Position numbers and translations under genes: made by a program. From assembly GCA_003133025.1 (NCBI GenBank), contig PKZK01000264.1, forward strand, positions 1-15,550: DNA of 15,550 bases. Direction: 5' to 3'. Positions 7,301 through 14,440 of the stretch are shown here, piece after piece; within the stretch, counting starts at the first letter, position 1, and the number at the start of each line of letters is the position of its first letter. Below the pieces are notes generated by a model that worked only from the letters and a program-made list of their open reading frames with translations, had not been told where the DNA came from and made no database searches. The DNA comes from Vulcanimicrobiota bacterium (lineage in GTDB: Bacteria > Vulcanimicrobiota > Vulcanimicrobiia > Vulcanimicrobiales > Vulcanimicrobiaceae).

Positions 7301-8660
7301 CGCCAAAGACGTGGTGAACGACGCCGCCGAACTCGAGATCTACGAGCAACTCGGCTTGCATTCCGCCGCCTCGATTCCGCTCGTTGCCGAAGGCGAGACG
7401 TTGGGTGCGATTGCGATGGTCTACGGCAAATCGATGCGGCAGTATACGCCCGACGATTTGCCGGTACTCGAGGAACTCGGCCGGCGCGCCGGCGTGGCGG
7501 TGCTCCGGGCCAGGGAGTTCGCACGGGAGCATCGCGTCGCTCAATCGTTTCAAGAGGCTTCGTTACCGCTGGAGTTGCCGTCGCTGCGAGGCGCGACATT
7601 CGATGCGGTCTACGTGCCCGCCAACGATGAGGCACAGGTCGGCGGCGATTGGTACGATGCGGTACGGCTCGCCGACGGTCGCGTGGTCGTCTCGATCGGA
7701 GATGTGGCCGGCAACGGGTTGCACGCTGCGGTCACGATGGGCAACATGCGCCAGATCATCCGCGGCATCGCGCAGGTGCACGCGAGTCCCGCACTCATGC
7801 TCGACGCCGCCGATCGTGCGCTCCGGCTCGAGCATCCCGACCGTTTCGTGACCGCGTTCGTCGGCGTGTTCGATCCCGTCGCCTCCACGTTCGCGTATGC
7901 GTCCGCAGGCCATCCGCCGCCGATGCTACGGCAGCCGGACGGAACGATCGAGTTTCTCTCCGACGGCGGATTGCCGTTGGGTCTGCGTCAGATTGCCAAA
8001 GAGACCGGCAAGACGATCGCCCTCAGCCCGGGCTCTCACCTGGTGCTCTATACGGACGGCTTGACGGAGGCAGCGCGCCGGCCCGCCGACGGTGAGGCGC
8101 ACTTACGGGAGATACTCAGCGCGGGTACCGTTTTGAGCGCCGAACATCCGGCGCAAGCGTTGCGGGACGCAATCTTCGACGGCGTGCCGGCGAAGGACGA
8201 CGTGGCCATTCTCGTGATGGGCATCGATCCGCGCGTCTCCGCCGGCGCGACGCCCGAACGCGAGGTCATTCAGCGCTGGTACTTCGACACGCCGGATGCG
8301 CAAGCCGCGCAGGCGGCCCGCCGCGCATTCGCCGACGGTCTTCGCGAGCGCTCGGCCGATGCGGAAAGCGTCTACAAGGCCGAAGTCGTCTTCGGGGAAC
8401 TCGTGGGCAACGCCGTGCGCTATGCTCCGGGCCCCGTCGAGGTGACCGTGGATTGGACTGGGGTGATGCCGGTCTTGCACGTCCTCGATCGAGGTCCCGG
8501 GTTTCATCACGTGCCCGCGCTGCCGCGCGACGTGTACAGCGAATCGGGACGCGGCTTGTTCATCATCTCGCTGCTGAGCAAGGATTTCAGCGTTGCGAAA
8601 CGGCCGACGGGCGGAAGTCACGCACGGGCGTTGCTCGGCCTGTCCTCACGGGCTTTCTAG
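4368..8660 (+). CDS. Multidomain hybrid sensor histidine kinase / response regulator / SpoIIE (PP2C) phosphatase / RsbW-like Ser/Thr kinase
   Basis: N-terminal DWSSTPLG PAS-like region and GAF; H-box FFSNVSHEFRTPL (His codon 5466); NLLSNALKFT, DTGIGI, GTGIGL; REC VLLVDDN..SDAMMPEMDG..VKP (Asp codon 6390); PAS WLAVVHPDD; GAF; PP2C VGGDWYD, IGDVAGNG, YTDGLTE, DDVA; C-terminal ELVGNAVRYA, DRGPG, SGRGL. Alternative start ATG 4419. No evident TM helix. Confidence 0.93.
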   Translation: MAARDPLPIRRGVSTVRMTDDAFFGAGRNLVSPIMAEMIAGVDWSSTPLGSAEAWPLELRTTLNLVLASRFPMVFWWGPDLTQFYNDAYLPIIGGKHPTALGQRAQDCWAEIWDVIGPQIAGVYDGGPATWSEDVLLDINRHGFVGESYFTWSYSPLPYAEAPNGVGGVLCTVQETTDKVIGERRILLLRDLAAHGTEAKSAEEECRVAAATLARYAKSVPFSLIYLIDESGTAARLAACSGIDPSEARAEILTDELEPKAGAPIPLGALRHILSRLPVGPWPEPPREAVVVSIQSGMGREAAGLLVAGVNPRERFDERYGSFYELIASQVAAAISSARAYESERRRAEALAEVDRAKTEFFSNVSHEFRTPLTLMLGPLARLLSEADPGQAPLLETAHRNALRLLKLVNTLLEFSRLEAGRNEAVFVETDLAKLTADLASLFRSAIETLGLRFVVDVDLERPVFVDRSMWEMIVLNLLSNALKFTHMGQIGLSLRADGAFVELTVADTGIGIPAGDLPYVFERFRRVRGAKARSHEGTGIGLALVDQLARLHGGSIAVASEEGSGSTFTVRIPLGSEHLDAASLSRVARSTSYASVVDQYLADVDSTIVRADARLAPAEGGAKPARVLLVDDNGDLRDYVARILAPHHDVVAARNGVEALEALRRQHFDLILSDAMMPEMDGFELVRAVRSDPAWETIPFIMLSARAGESAAVEGLTRGADDYLVKPFSSEELLARVFAQLNAASVRERATRELRANEERFRMLAASMPHIVLEGSLEHGVTFLSEAYSTYTGLAAETGHGRGWLAVVHPDDAPGAIAKWELAVRNGDAFEGEFRLRRNDGVYRWHLGRALAQRDLGDGKLRWTGTITDIHDMRRSAQERAFLSEASRILAQSLDLETTLQTLAAIMIPLFADWCQLDLTNPDGSIRTVAVAHRDPEKHALAQRFVGRIHLNPRAERGSPSTIRTGRSDILENVPDAAKDVVNDAAELEIYEQLGLHSAASIPLVAEGETLGAIAMVYGKSMRQYTPDDLPVLEELGRRAGVAVLRAREFAREHRVAQSFQEASLPLELPSLRGATFDAVYVPANDEAQVGGDWYDAVRLADGRVVVSIGDVAGNGLHAAVTMGNMRQIIRGIAQVHASPALMLDAADRALRLEHPDRFVTAFVGVFDPVASTFAYASAGHPPPMLRQPDGTIEFLSDGGLPLGLRQIAKETGKTIALSPGSHLVLYTDGLTEAARRPADGEAHLREILSAGTVLSAEHPAQALRDAIFDGVPAKDDVAILVMGIDPRVSAGATPEREVIQRWYFDTPDAQAAQAARRAFADGLRERSADAESVYKAEVVFGELVGNAVRYAPGPVEVTVDWTGVMPVLHVLDRGPGFHHVPALPRDVYSESGRGLFIISLLSKDFSVAKRPTGGSHARALLGLSSRAF

Positions 8661-8729
8661 CCGTCCCTCCGGCGACGTACGGGCAGGCGCGGCGCGTGCC
8701 GCCCGGTTCTTAATATTGCCGGCGGATTT

Positions 8730-8735
8730 GGGTAT
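8730..8735 (+). promoter_or_regulatory. SigB/SigF-type -10 box, probably a leaderless or near-leaderless aldehyde dehydrogenase transcript
   Basis: GGGTAT lies 9 nt upstream of ATG 8745, with no SD. The -35 match is poor (GTTCTTAA at 8706-8713). Confidence 0.45.
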
Positions 8736-8744
8736 GTATCGCCC

Positions 8745-10139
8745 ATGGCGATGACGATCAACCCGGCGACGAACCAGGAAGTCGAGAAGTACCCCGACCT
8801 CACCGACGATCAGCTCGACCGCGCGCTCGAGCGCGCGCACCGCGCGTACCTCTCCTGGCGCGAGACCGCCGTCGAGCGTCGCGCCGACGTGGTGCGCCGC
8901 GTCGGTGCGCTGATGCTCGAGCGGCACGAGGACCTCGCGCGGCTGCTCACGCTCGAGATGGGCAAGCTCATCAAGGAGAGCGAAAACGAGGTGCGCCTCG
9001 CGGCGAGCATCTTCACGTATTACGGCGATCAAGGGCCCGGCTTCATTACCGAGGAGACGATCGACGTTGCCGAAGGCCAGGCGGTCGTCGTCACGCAGCC
9101 GATCGGCGCGCTCATCGGCGTCGAACCGTGGAACTTCCCCTACTATCAAGTCGCGCGATTCGCCGCGCCCAATGTCGTGCTCGGCAACACGGTCCTGGTC
9201 AAGCATGCCTCGCAGTGTCCGCAGAGCGCGCTGGCGCTCGAACGCCTCTTCCGCGACGCCGGAGCGCCCGAAGGCGTGTACACGAACCTCTTCATCAAGG
9301 CCGATCAGGTCGCGCGCGCCATCGATAGTCCGCTCATCGCCGGCGCATCGTTGACCGGCAGCGAAGCCGCCGGGGCGAGCGTCGGTCAGGCCGCCGGCCG
9401 CAATCTGAAGAAGGTCGTGTTGGAGCTGGGCGGCAGCGATCCGTTCATCGTGCTCGACGAAGACCGCTTCGAGCATACCATCAAGGCCGCGATCCTCGGC
9501 CGGTTGGCCAACACGGGCCAGAGCTGCGTGGCTTCGAAGCGCTTCATCGTGCTTGAGCCGTACTTCGATAAATTCGTCGAAGGCATGCGCGCGGGTTTTG
9601 CCGGATTGCGCGTCGGCGATCCGATGGATCCGCAGACGCAGTTGGGACCGCTCTCGTCGGAAGACGCGCTGAAGCACCTCGAAGAACAGGTGAACGACGC
9701 GAAGCGCAAGGGCGCAAAGGTCGTGATCGGCGGCAACCGCATCGAGCGCCCCGGCGCGTACTACGAGGCCACGATTCTGACCGGCGTCACGCCCGAGATG
9801 CGCGCCTATCGTGAGGAGCTGTTCGGTCCGGTGGCGGTCGTCTACGCGGTCGACGATGAACGTGCGGCGATCGAGCTGGCCAACGATTCGCCGTTCGGTT
9901 TGGGCGCGACGGTGATCGCGAGCGATCTCAAGCGCGCGAGAGCGGTGGCGCAGCGCATCGAGTCGGGCATGGTCTGGATCAACCACCCGACGGCATCCGC
10001 CCCGAACCTTCCGTTCGGCGGGGTGAAGCGTTCGGGTGTCGGCCGCGAATTGTGGCGGCTGGGCATGCAAGAGTTCACGAATCGAAAGTTGATTCGCACG
10101 CTGCCCGCGGATGTCAAGCTCGAGATGGCGGCGGGATAA
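8745..10139 (+). CDS. gabD: NAD(P)-dependent succinate-semialdehyde dehydrogenase (GabD1/Sad-type aldehyde dehydrogenase)
   Basis: PWNFP, KHASQCP, LTGS, catalytic LELGGSDP and [23 protein letters not shown]. Confidence 0.88.
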   Translation: MAMTINPATNQEVEKYPDLTDDQLDRALERAHRAYLSWRETAVERRADVVRRVGALMLERHEDLARLLTLEMGKLIKESENEVRLAASIFTYYGDQGPGFITEETIDVAEGQAVVVTQPIGALIGVEPWNFPYYQVARFAAPNVVLGNTVLVKHASQCPQSALALERLFRDAGAPEGVYTNLFIKADQVARAIDSPLIAGASLTGSEAAGASVGQAAGRNLKKVVLELGGSDPFIVLDEDRFEHTIKAAILGRLANTGQSCVASKRFIVLEPYFDKFVEGMRAGFAGLRVGDPMDPQTQLGPLSSEDALKHLEEQVNDAKRKGAKVVIGGNRIERPGAYYEATILTGVTPEMRAYREELFGPVAVVYAVDDERAAIELANDSPFGLGATVIASDLKRARAVAQRIESGMVWINHPTASAPNLPFGGVKRSGVGRELWRLGMQEFTNRKLIRTLPADVKLEMAAG

Positions 10140-10143
10140 GATA

Positions 10144-10175
10144 TCGGCGGCTCGTCCGGCTGGGCGAGCCGCCGA
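10144..10175. terminator. Bidirectional terminator hairpin between convergent gabD and hsp20 units
   Basis: 14-bp stem TCGGCGGCTCGTCC / GGGCGAGCCGCCGA (one G-U), 4-nt loop, starting 4 nt after the gabD stop. Followed by TATCTT on the minus strand. Confidence 0.75.
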
Positions 10176-10182
10176 CGAAGGT

Positions 10183-10269
10183 CTAATTCGTGCGCGGTCC
10201 GTGTTTGTAGGCGTTCACCCACGCGGCGATGACCGCGGGATTCTCGATCACGACGAGCGACCGGCGCAT
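10183..10269 (-). CDS. Putative 28-aa small protein MRRSLVVIENPAVIAAWVNAYKHGPRTN (below the ORF-track cutoff)
   Basis: ATG 5 nt after the hsp20 TAA; TAG just before the terminator hairpin. 23 of 27 post-start sense codons end in G/C. Confidence 0.5.
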   Translation of the reverse strand: MRRSLVVIENPAVIAAWVNAYKHGPRTN

Positions 10270-10274
10270 GCGTC

Positions 10275-10667
10275 TTAGTTAACCGAGATCTTCCGGGGCT
10301 GGGCCTCGGGATGGCGCAGCAGGCTGATCGTGAGCAGACCATCCTGCACCTTCGCCGCGATCGAGTCCGGGTTGACGTCGTCGGGGACGGTGAAGGAGCG
10401 CGTGAACGAGCGACGCTCGGTCTTGCCGCCGACGGAGATGATGCCGTCCTTGAACGTCACGTCGATCTGCGACGCGCTGTAGCCCGGGACCGGAACCTCG
10501 ACCTCATAGCCGGCCTCGGTGCGCGACACTTCGTAGTCGAAGCCGTAGGCGGAACGGACGTTTTGAAACGGGTCGTACCCCAGGAGTTCGCGGAGCGGCG
10601 TCCAGGGCGTCACGCGCTCGAGCAGGGCGGCGCCGCGAGCGTTTGCGAGTTGGTTCGACAAGGTCAT
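10275..10667 (-). CDS. Small heat-shock protein, Hsp20/alpha-crystallin family
   Basis: YEVEVPVPG..IDVTFKDGIISV..SFTRSFTVP..I.AKVQDGLLTI and C-terminal I-S-V motif. AAAGGAG SD before ATG 10667; 130 aa. Confidence 0.93.
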   Translation of the reverse strand: MTLSNQLANARGAALLERVTPWTPLRELLGYDPFQNVRSAYGFDYEVSRTEAGYEVEVPVPGYSASQIDVTFKDGIISVGGKTERRSFTRSFTVPDDVNPDSIAAKVQDGLLTISLLRHPEAQPRKISVN

Positions 10668-10715
10668 GTTCTCCTTTCGTGATGACGGGCATCGAATCAA
10701 CGACTCACGGACAGC

Positions 10716-10744
10716 ATTATAATAACGGCTGGCACTCTCGTCAA
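10716..10744 (-). promoter_or_regulatory. Sigma70 promoter of hsp20
   Basis: Minus strand TTGACG (10744-10739), 17 nt, TATAAT (10721-10716). Confidence 0.88.
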
Positions 10745-10755
10745 GAGAGTGCCAG
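10729..10755. promoter_or_regulatory. CIRCE operator (HrcA binding site)
   Basis: CTGGCACTC-N9-GAGTGCCAG versus consensus TTAGCACTC-N9-GAGTGCTAA. Straddles the hsp20 -35 box. Confidence 0.9.
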
Positions 10756-11772
10756 CGCCGGTGCGACCCGGGTTCCGAGCAACTCGATGGCGCGCATCAG
10801 CTTCGCGTGCGGCAGGCCGGCCACGCTCATCTGCAGGTTGACGCGCGCGAGGCCGCCGAGCGCCTCGCTGTGGCGCAGTATCTTCTGCGCGACTTCCTCG
10901 GGATTGCCCACCAGCAGCGCGCCTTCGGGGCTGCGCAGTGCGTCGAATCCGGCGCGCGTCACGGGCGGCCAGCCTCGCTCGGCGCCCGCCTTGGTGAACG
11001 CCCGCGCATAGCCGGGGAAGAAGTCGTCGATGGCCTGGCCGGTGGTGTCGGCGACGTAGCCCAGGGCGTGCAGACCGACCTTGAGCGTCTCCGGCGCGTG
11101 CCCCGCGCGCCTGCCCGATTCACGGTAGAGATCGACCAACGGACGGAAGCGATGCGTTTGTCCGCCGATGATCGCCACCATCAAGGGCAGTCCGAGCGTG
11201 CCCGCGCGGGCGAACGAGGCGGGGGTTCCGCCGACGCCGAGCCACACCGGCAGCGGATCCTGGAGCGGCCTTGGGTAGACGCCCTGACCGGTCAGGGCGG
11301 GCCGGAATTTACCCGACCAGTGGACGTGTTCGTGCGCGCGCAAGCGCAGCAAGAGGTCGAGTTTCTCCGCGAAGAGCTCGTCGTAGTCGTTGAGGTCGAG
11401 CCCGAAGAGCGGGAACGATTCGATGAACGAGCCGCGCCCGACGACCAGTTCGGCCCGGCCGCCCGAGAGCAGATCCAGCGTCGCGAAATTCTGGAAGACG
11501 CGCACCGGATCGGCGGCGCTGAGCACCGTGACCGCGCTGTGCAGCCGAATGCGCTGCGTGCGCGCCGCCGCCGCACCCAAAATGACCGCGGGCGCAGAAT
11601 CCAGGAAGTCGCGGCGATGGTGCTCGCCGATGCCGAATGCATCGAGACCGCAGCGATCGGCGTGCTCGATCTCGTCGATGAGGTTGCGCAGCTGCTGCGA
11701 TGCATCGGCTGCATTTCCGGGTTCGTCGCCGAGATAGGCTGCGGCAAAGCTGTCGACGCCGAGTTCGATCAC
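10741..11772 (-). CDS. LLM-class flavin-dependent oxidoreductase, Atu2307/SP_0267-like
   Basis: [77 protein letters not shown]. Start placed at GTG 11772 from the family N-terminus; uncertain. Confidence 0.9.
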   Translation of the reverse strand: MIELGVDSFAAAYLGDEPGNAADASQQLRNLIDEIEHADRCGLDAFGIGEHHRRDFLDSAPAVILGAAAARTQRIRLHSAVTVLSAADPVRVFQNFATLDLLSGGRAELVVGRGSFIESFPLFGLDLNDYDELFAEKLDLLLRLRAHEHVHWSGKFRPALTGQGVYPRPLQDPLPVWLGVGGTPASFARAGTLGLPLMVAIIGGQTHRFRPLVDLYRESGRRAGHAPETLKVGLHALGYVADTTGQAIDDFFPGYARAFTKAGAERGWPPVTRAGFDALRSPEGALLVGNPEEVAQKILRHSEALGGLARVNLQMSVAGLPHAKLMRAIELLGTRVAPALALS

Positions 11773-11886
11773 CGTGACCCGCTTTGGTGGCGGTCCGGCC
11801 GGCCCTGCCTCGACGTGGACCGCCCGATCTCGCCCCGAGTCGTCGATAACGAAACTTTTCTTCGAGCATGCCCGCGCTTCACTCTC

Positions 11887-11915
11887 TTGACCGGCGGCGG
11901 CCTGCGTGTTACGGT
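11887..11915 (+). promoter_or_regulatory. Sigma70-type promoter of the ssuACB operon
   Basis: TTGACC (11887-11892), 17 nt, TACGGT (11910-11915), with extended TG at 11907-11908. Confidence 0.7.
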
Positions 11916-11962
11916 CTCGGCAGCGACGCACCGTGCGGGACCGTCCGATACTCGAAACGATC

Positions 11963-11989
11963 GATCCGCGTCCTCGCGGATTTTTTGTT
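11963..11989 (+). terminator. Intrinsic terminator inside the ssuA 5' leader (attenuator)
   Basis: Stem ATCCGCG / CGCGGAT (11964-11970 / 11975-11981) with a TCCT loop, then TTTTTGTT. It lies about 20 nt before the ssuA ATG on the same strand. Confidence 0.75.
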
Positions 11990-12010
11990 GCGCTTCACCC
12001 GGGAGTCACG

Positions 12011-13003
12011 ATGTTCACGACCTCACGCCGCTCGTTCTTGGCCGCCGCCGCCGCGCTTTCTGCGGTCGCGAGCGCGCCGCGCTTGGCCGCGCGCGCCGCA
12101 TCGCTCGACGAACTCGGGATCGACTACGCCTACTACAATCCGCCGAGCTTGATCCTCAAGCAGCAAGGCTGGCTCGAGGAAGCGCTGAGCAAGAACGGCA
12201 CGAAGGTCAACTGGATCTTGTCGCTCGGTTCCAATAAGGCGAACGGTTTTCTCACCGCTAACGCGGTGCAGTTCGGTTCGACGGCGGGCAGCGCGGCTCT
12301 GCTGGCGCGGGCCAACGGCTCGCCGATCAAGACCGTGTTCCTGTACTCGCGTCCCGAGTGGACGGCGCTCGTGGTTGGTAAGGACTCGCCCCTCAAGAGC
12401 GTCACCGATCTCAAGGGCAAGAAGGTGGCCGCGACGCGCGGCACCGATCCCTGGTTCTTCCTCATCCGCAGCCTGCGCAAGAACGGCTTGGACATCGGCG
12501 ACATCGAGCTGATCGATCTGCAGCATCCCGACGGGCGCGTCGCGCTCGAGCGCGGCCAGGTGGATGCCTGGGCCGGCCTCGATCCGCACATGGCCGCCTC
12601 GCAACTCGATGCGGGTTCGCGTCTGCTCTATCGCAATGCGGAGTTCAACACGTTCGGTGCGCTCAACGCACGCGAAGATTTCCTCGCCGCGCATCCGGAG
12701 ATCACCGCGGTCGTGCTCCAGCAGTACGAGCGCGCGCGCAAGTACGCGATCGCGCATCCCGACGAAACCGCCAAAATTCTCGCCGCTGCGGCGCACCTCG
12801 AGGTGCGCGTGACCGAAGTGCAAATCGGCCAACGCACCCAGTATCCGTCGCCCGTGCCGGGCAACGCCTATCGGGATACCCTCGCGGGCGTGGTGCCGAT
12901 CGTGCGCTCGGAAAAGTTGGTCGCAAATGCCGCCGATCTCGACGGCGTCGTGCCCGCGCTCATCGATCCGGGACCGGCGCGAACCGCACTCAAGGGTGGT
13001 TAG
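12011..13003 (+). CDS. ssuA: Aliphatic sulfonate ABC transporter substrate-binding protein, Tat-exported
   Basis: Twin-arginine SRRSFL signal; IDYAYYNPPSL, SLGSNKA, FGSTAGSAAL, YSRPEWTAL, KKVAATRGTDP, LQHPDG, DAWAGLDPHMA. GGGAG SD. Confidence 0.9.
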   Translation: MFTTSRRSFLAAAAALSAVASAPRLAARAASLDELGIDYAYYNPPSLILKQQGWLEEALSKNGTKVNWILSLGSNKANGFLTANAVQFGSTAGSAALLARANGSPIKTVFLYSRPEWTALVVGKDSPLKSVTDLKGKKVAATRGTDPWFFLIRSLRKNGLDIGDIELIDLQHPDGRVALERGQVDAWAGLDPHMAASQLDAGSRLLYRNAEFNTFGALNAREDFLAAHPEITAVVLQQYERARKYAIAHPDETAKILAAAAHLEVRVTEVQIGQRTQYPSPVPGNAYRDTLAGVVPIVRSEKLVANAADLDGVVPALIDPGPARTALKGG

Positions 13004-13739
13004 GTTCGTCCTGCCGGTCGCGCTCGTCGCGCTGTGGTTCGCGAGCACTGCGGCCGGCTGGGTGAAGCCGTATCAACTGGCTTCCCCCGGAGCGGTCGCA
13101 AGCGAACTCGGCACGCTCTTTGCGAGTGGGCAATTGCAATCCGACGTGTGGGCCAGCGTCGAGCGCGTGGCGATCGGTTTCGCTTGTGCGTTCGTGCTGG
13201 CGCTGGTTCTCGGCTCGCTCGCGGGGAGCACGCGCGCCGCGCGGCTGGCCATCGATCCCACGTTGCAGGCCATCCGGGCCGTGCCGAGCCTCGCCTGGGT
13301 TCCGCTGATCTTGATTTGGCTCGGCATCGGCGAGCCGGCCAAGATCGTGCTCGTTGCGATCGGCGCGTTCTTCCCGATCTACGTCAGCATCGTGTCGGGC
13401 ATCGAAGGCATCGATCGCAAGTTGCTCGAGGTAGCGCGGGTGCTCGATACCGGCCGGCTCAAGCTGATCGCGCAGGTGATGGTGCCCGCAACGCTGCCGC
13501 AGTTGCTGATCGGCGCGCGCCTCGGCCTGACGCAAGCGTGGCTCTTTCTCGTCGCGGCGGAATTACTGGCCGCCAGTCGCGGGCTCGGCTTCCTCTTGAC
13601 CGACGGGCAGCAACTCTCGCGCACCGATGAAGTGCTCGTCGCCATCTTGCTCTTCGCGCTGTGCGGAAAACTGACCGACATGGGCATGTACGCGCTCGAG
13701 CGGCGCTTGACCGGCTGGGCGGATACCGCGACCGCATGA
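12996..13739 (+). CDS. ssuC: Sulfonate/nitrate-type ABC transporter permease
   Basis: Multiple hydrophobic helices; IRAVPSLAWVPLILIWLGIGE, GAFFPIY, EAA-like IDRKLLEVARV, LVAAELL. GTG start overlaps the ssuA end. Confidence 0.9.
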   Translation: MVRFVLPVALVALWFASTAAGWVKPYQLASPGAVASELGTLFASGQLQSDVWASVERVAIGFACAFVLALVLGSLAGSTRAARLAIDPTLQAIRAVPSLAWVPLILIWLGIGEPAKIVLVAIGAFFPIYVSIVSGIEGIDRKLLEVARVLDTGRLKLIAQVMVPATLPQLLIGARLGLTQAWLFLVAAELLAASRGLGFLLTDGQQLSRTDEVLVAILLFALCGKLTDMGMYALERRLTGWADTATA

Positions 13740-14440
13740 TCGCCGTCGCGCTCGCCGGCTTGCGCAAGGCCTTCGGCGGACACGATGTGTTCGCGGGCTT
13801 GGAATTAACCGTGCTCGAACGCGAGACGCTGGCAATCCTCGGTCCGAGCGGCTCCGGCAAGTCGACGTTGTTGCGCTGCATCGCCGGCTTGGAGACGCCC
13901 GATGAGGGCAGCGTCGCCGTCAACGGCGAGGTCGGCTACGTCTTTCAAGAACCGCGACTCTTCCCGTGGCTCGACGTCGAGGGCAACGTCGCGTTCGCGG
14001 CACGCACGCCGCAGGAGCGGGCGCGCGTTGCCGAGGTGATCGAACTCGTGGGCTTGACCGGTGCCGCGAAGCGGCTGCCCAAGCAACTCTCGGGCGGCAT
14101 GGCGCAACGGGCGGGCTTGGCCCGTGCGCTCGTGCGCAACCCGAAAATTCTCTTGCTCGACGAGCCGCTCGCGGCGCTCGACGCGCTCAAAAGGCTCGAA
14201 CTCCAGGCGGCGATTCGCGACATCGTTCGGCTCACGCACGCGACCGCGGTCCTGGTGACGCACGACGTGAACGAGGCGCTCTACCTCGCCGACCGGGTCG
14301 TGGTGCTCGGCGGCCATCCGGCGACGATCGTGCAATCCCAGGTGCGCAACGGCGTGCCGCCGATCGACCGCGACGAGATTCTCCGCGCGCTCGGCGTTCG
14401 GCTCGACGCGGGCGAGAGCGCCCGAGGCGAAGCGATCTAG
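13736..14440 (+). CDS. ssuB: Sulfonate/nitrate-type ABC transporter ATP-binding protein
   Basis: Walker A GPSGSGKST, FQEPRLFPW, LSGGMAQR, Walker B LLLDEP, VTHD. ATGA overlap with ssuC. Confidence 0.9.
   Translation: MIAVALAGLRKAFGGHDVFAGLELTVLERETLAILGPSGSGKSTLLRCIAGLETPDEGSVAVNGEVGYVFQEPRLFPWLDVEGNVAFAARTPQERARVAEVIELVGLTGAAKRLPKQLSGGMAQRAGLARALVRNPKILLLDEPLAALDALKRLELQAAIRDIVRLTHATAVLVTHDVNEALYLADRVVVLGGHPATIVQSQVRNGVPPIDRDEILRALGVRLDAGESARGEAI

Noticed and set aside
8646..10070. 474-aa antisense ORF, and similar long ORFs 582..1646, 6252..7553, 10807..12237, 12023..13048, 13805..15382 and 13966..15099
   Set aside because: Shadow frames of real genes caused by high GC3 bias; no recognisable motifs.
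10718..10723. Plus-strand TATAAT that could drive antisense RNA into the LLM gene
   Set aside because: It arises from the palindromic AT-rich hsp20 -10 region and has no matching -35 or extended TG.
11881..11990. SAM-I (S-box) or T-box riboswitch
   Set aside because: Hallmark conserved sequences are not visible and the available leader is too short.
11906..12010. In-frame upstream starts for ssuA, or a leader peptide
   Set aside because: They overlap the promoter and terminator and contain no regulatory Cys/Met codons. ATG 12011 has an SD and a Tat motif.
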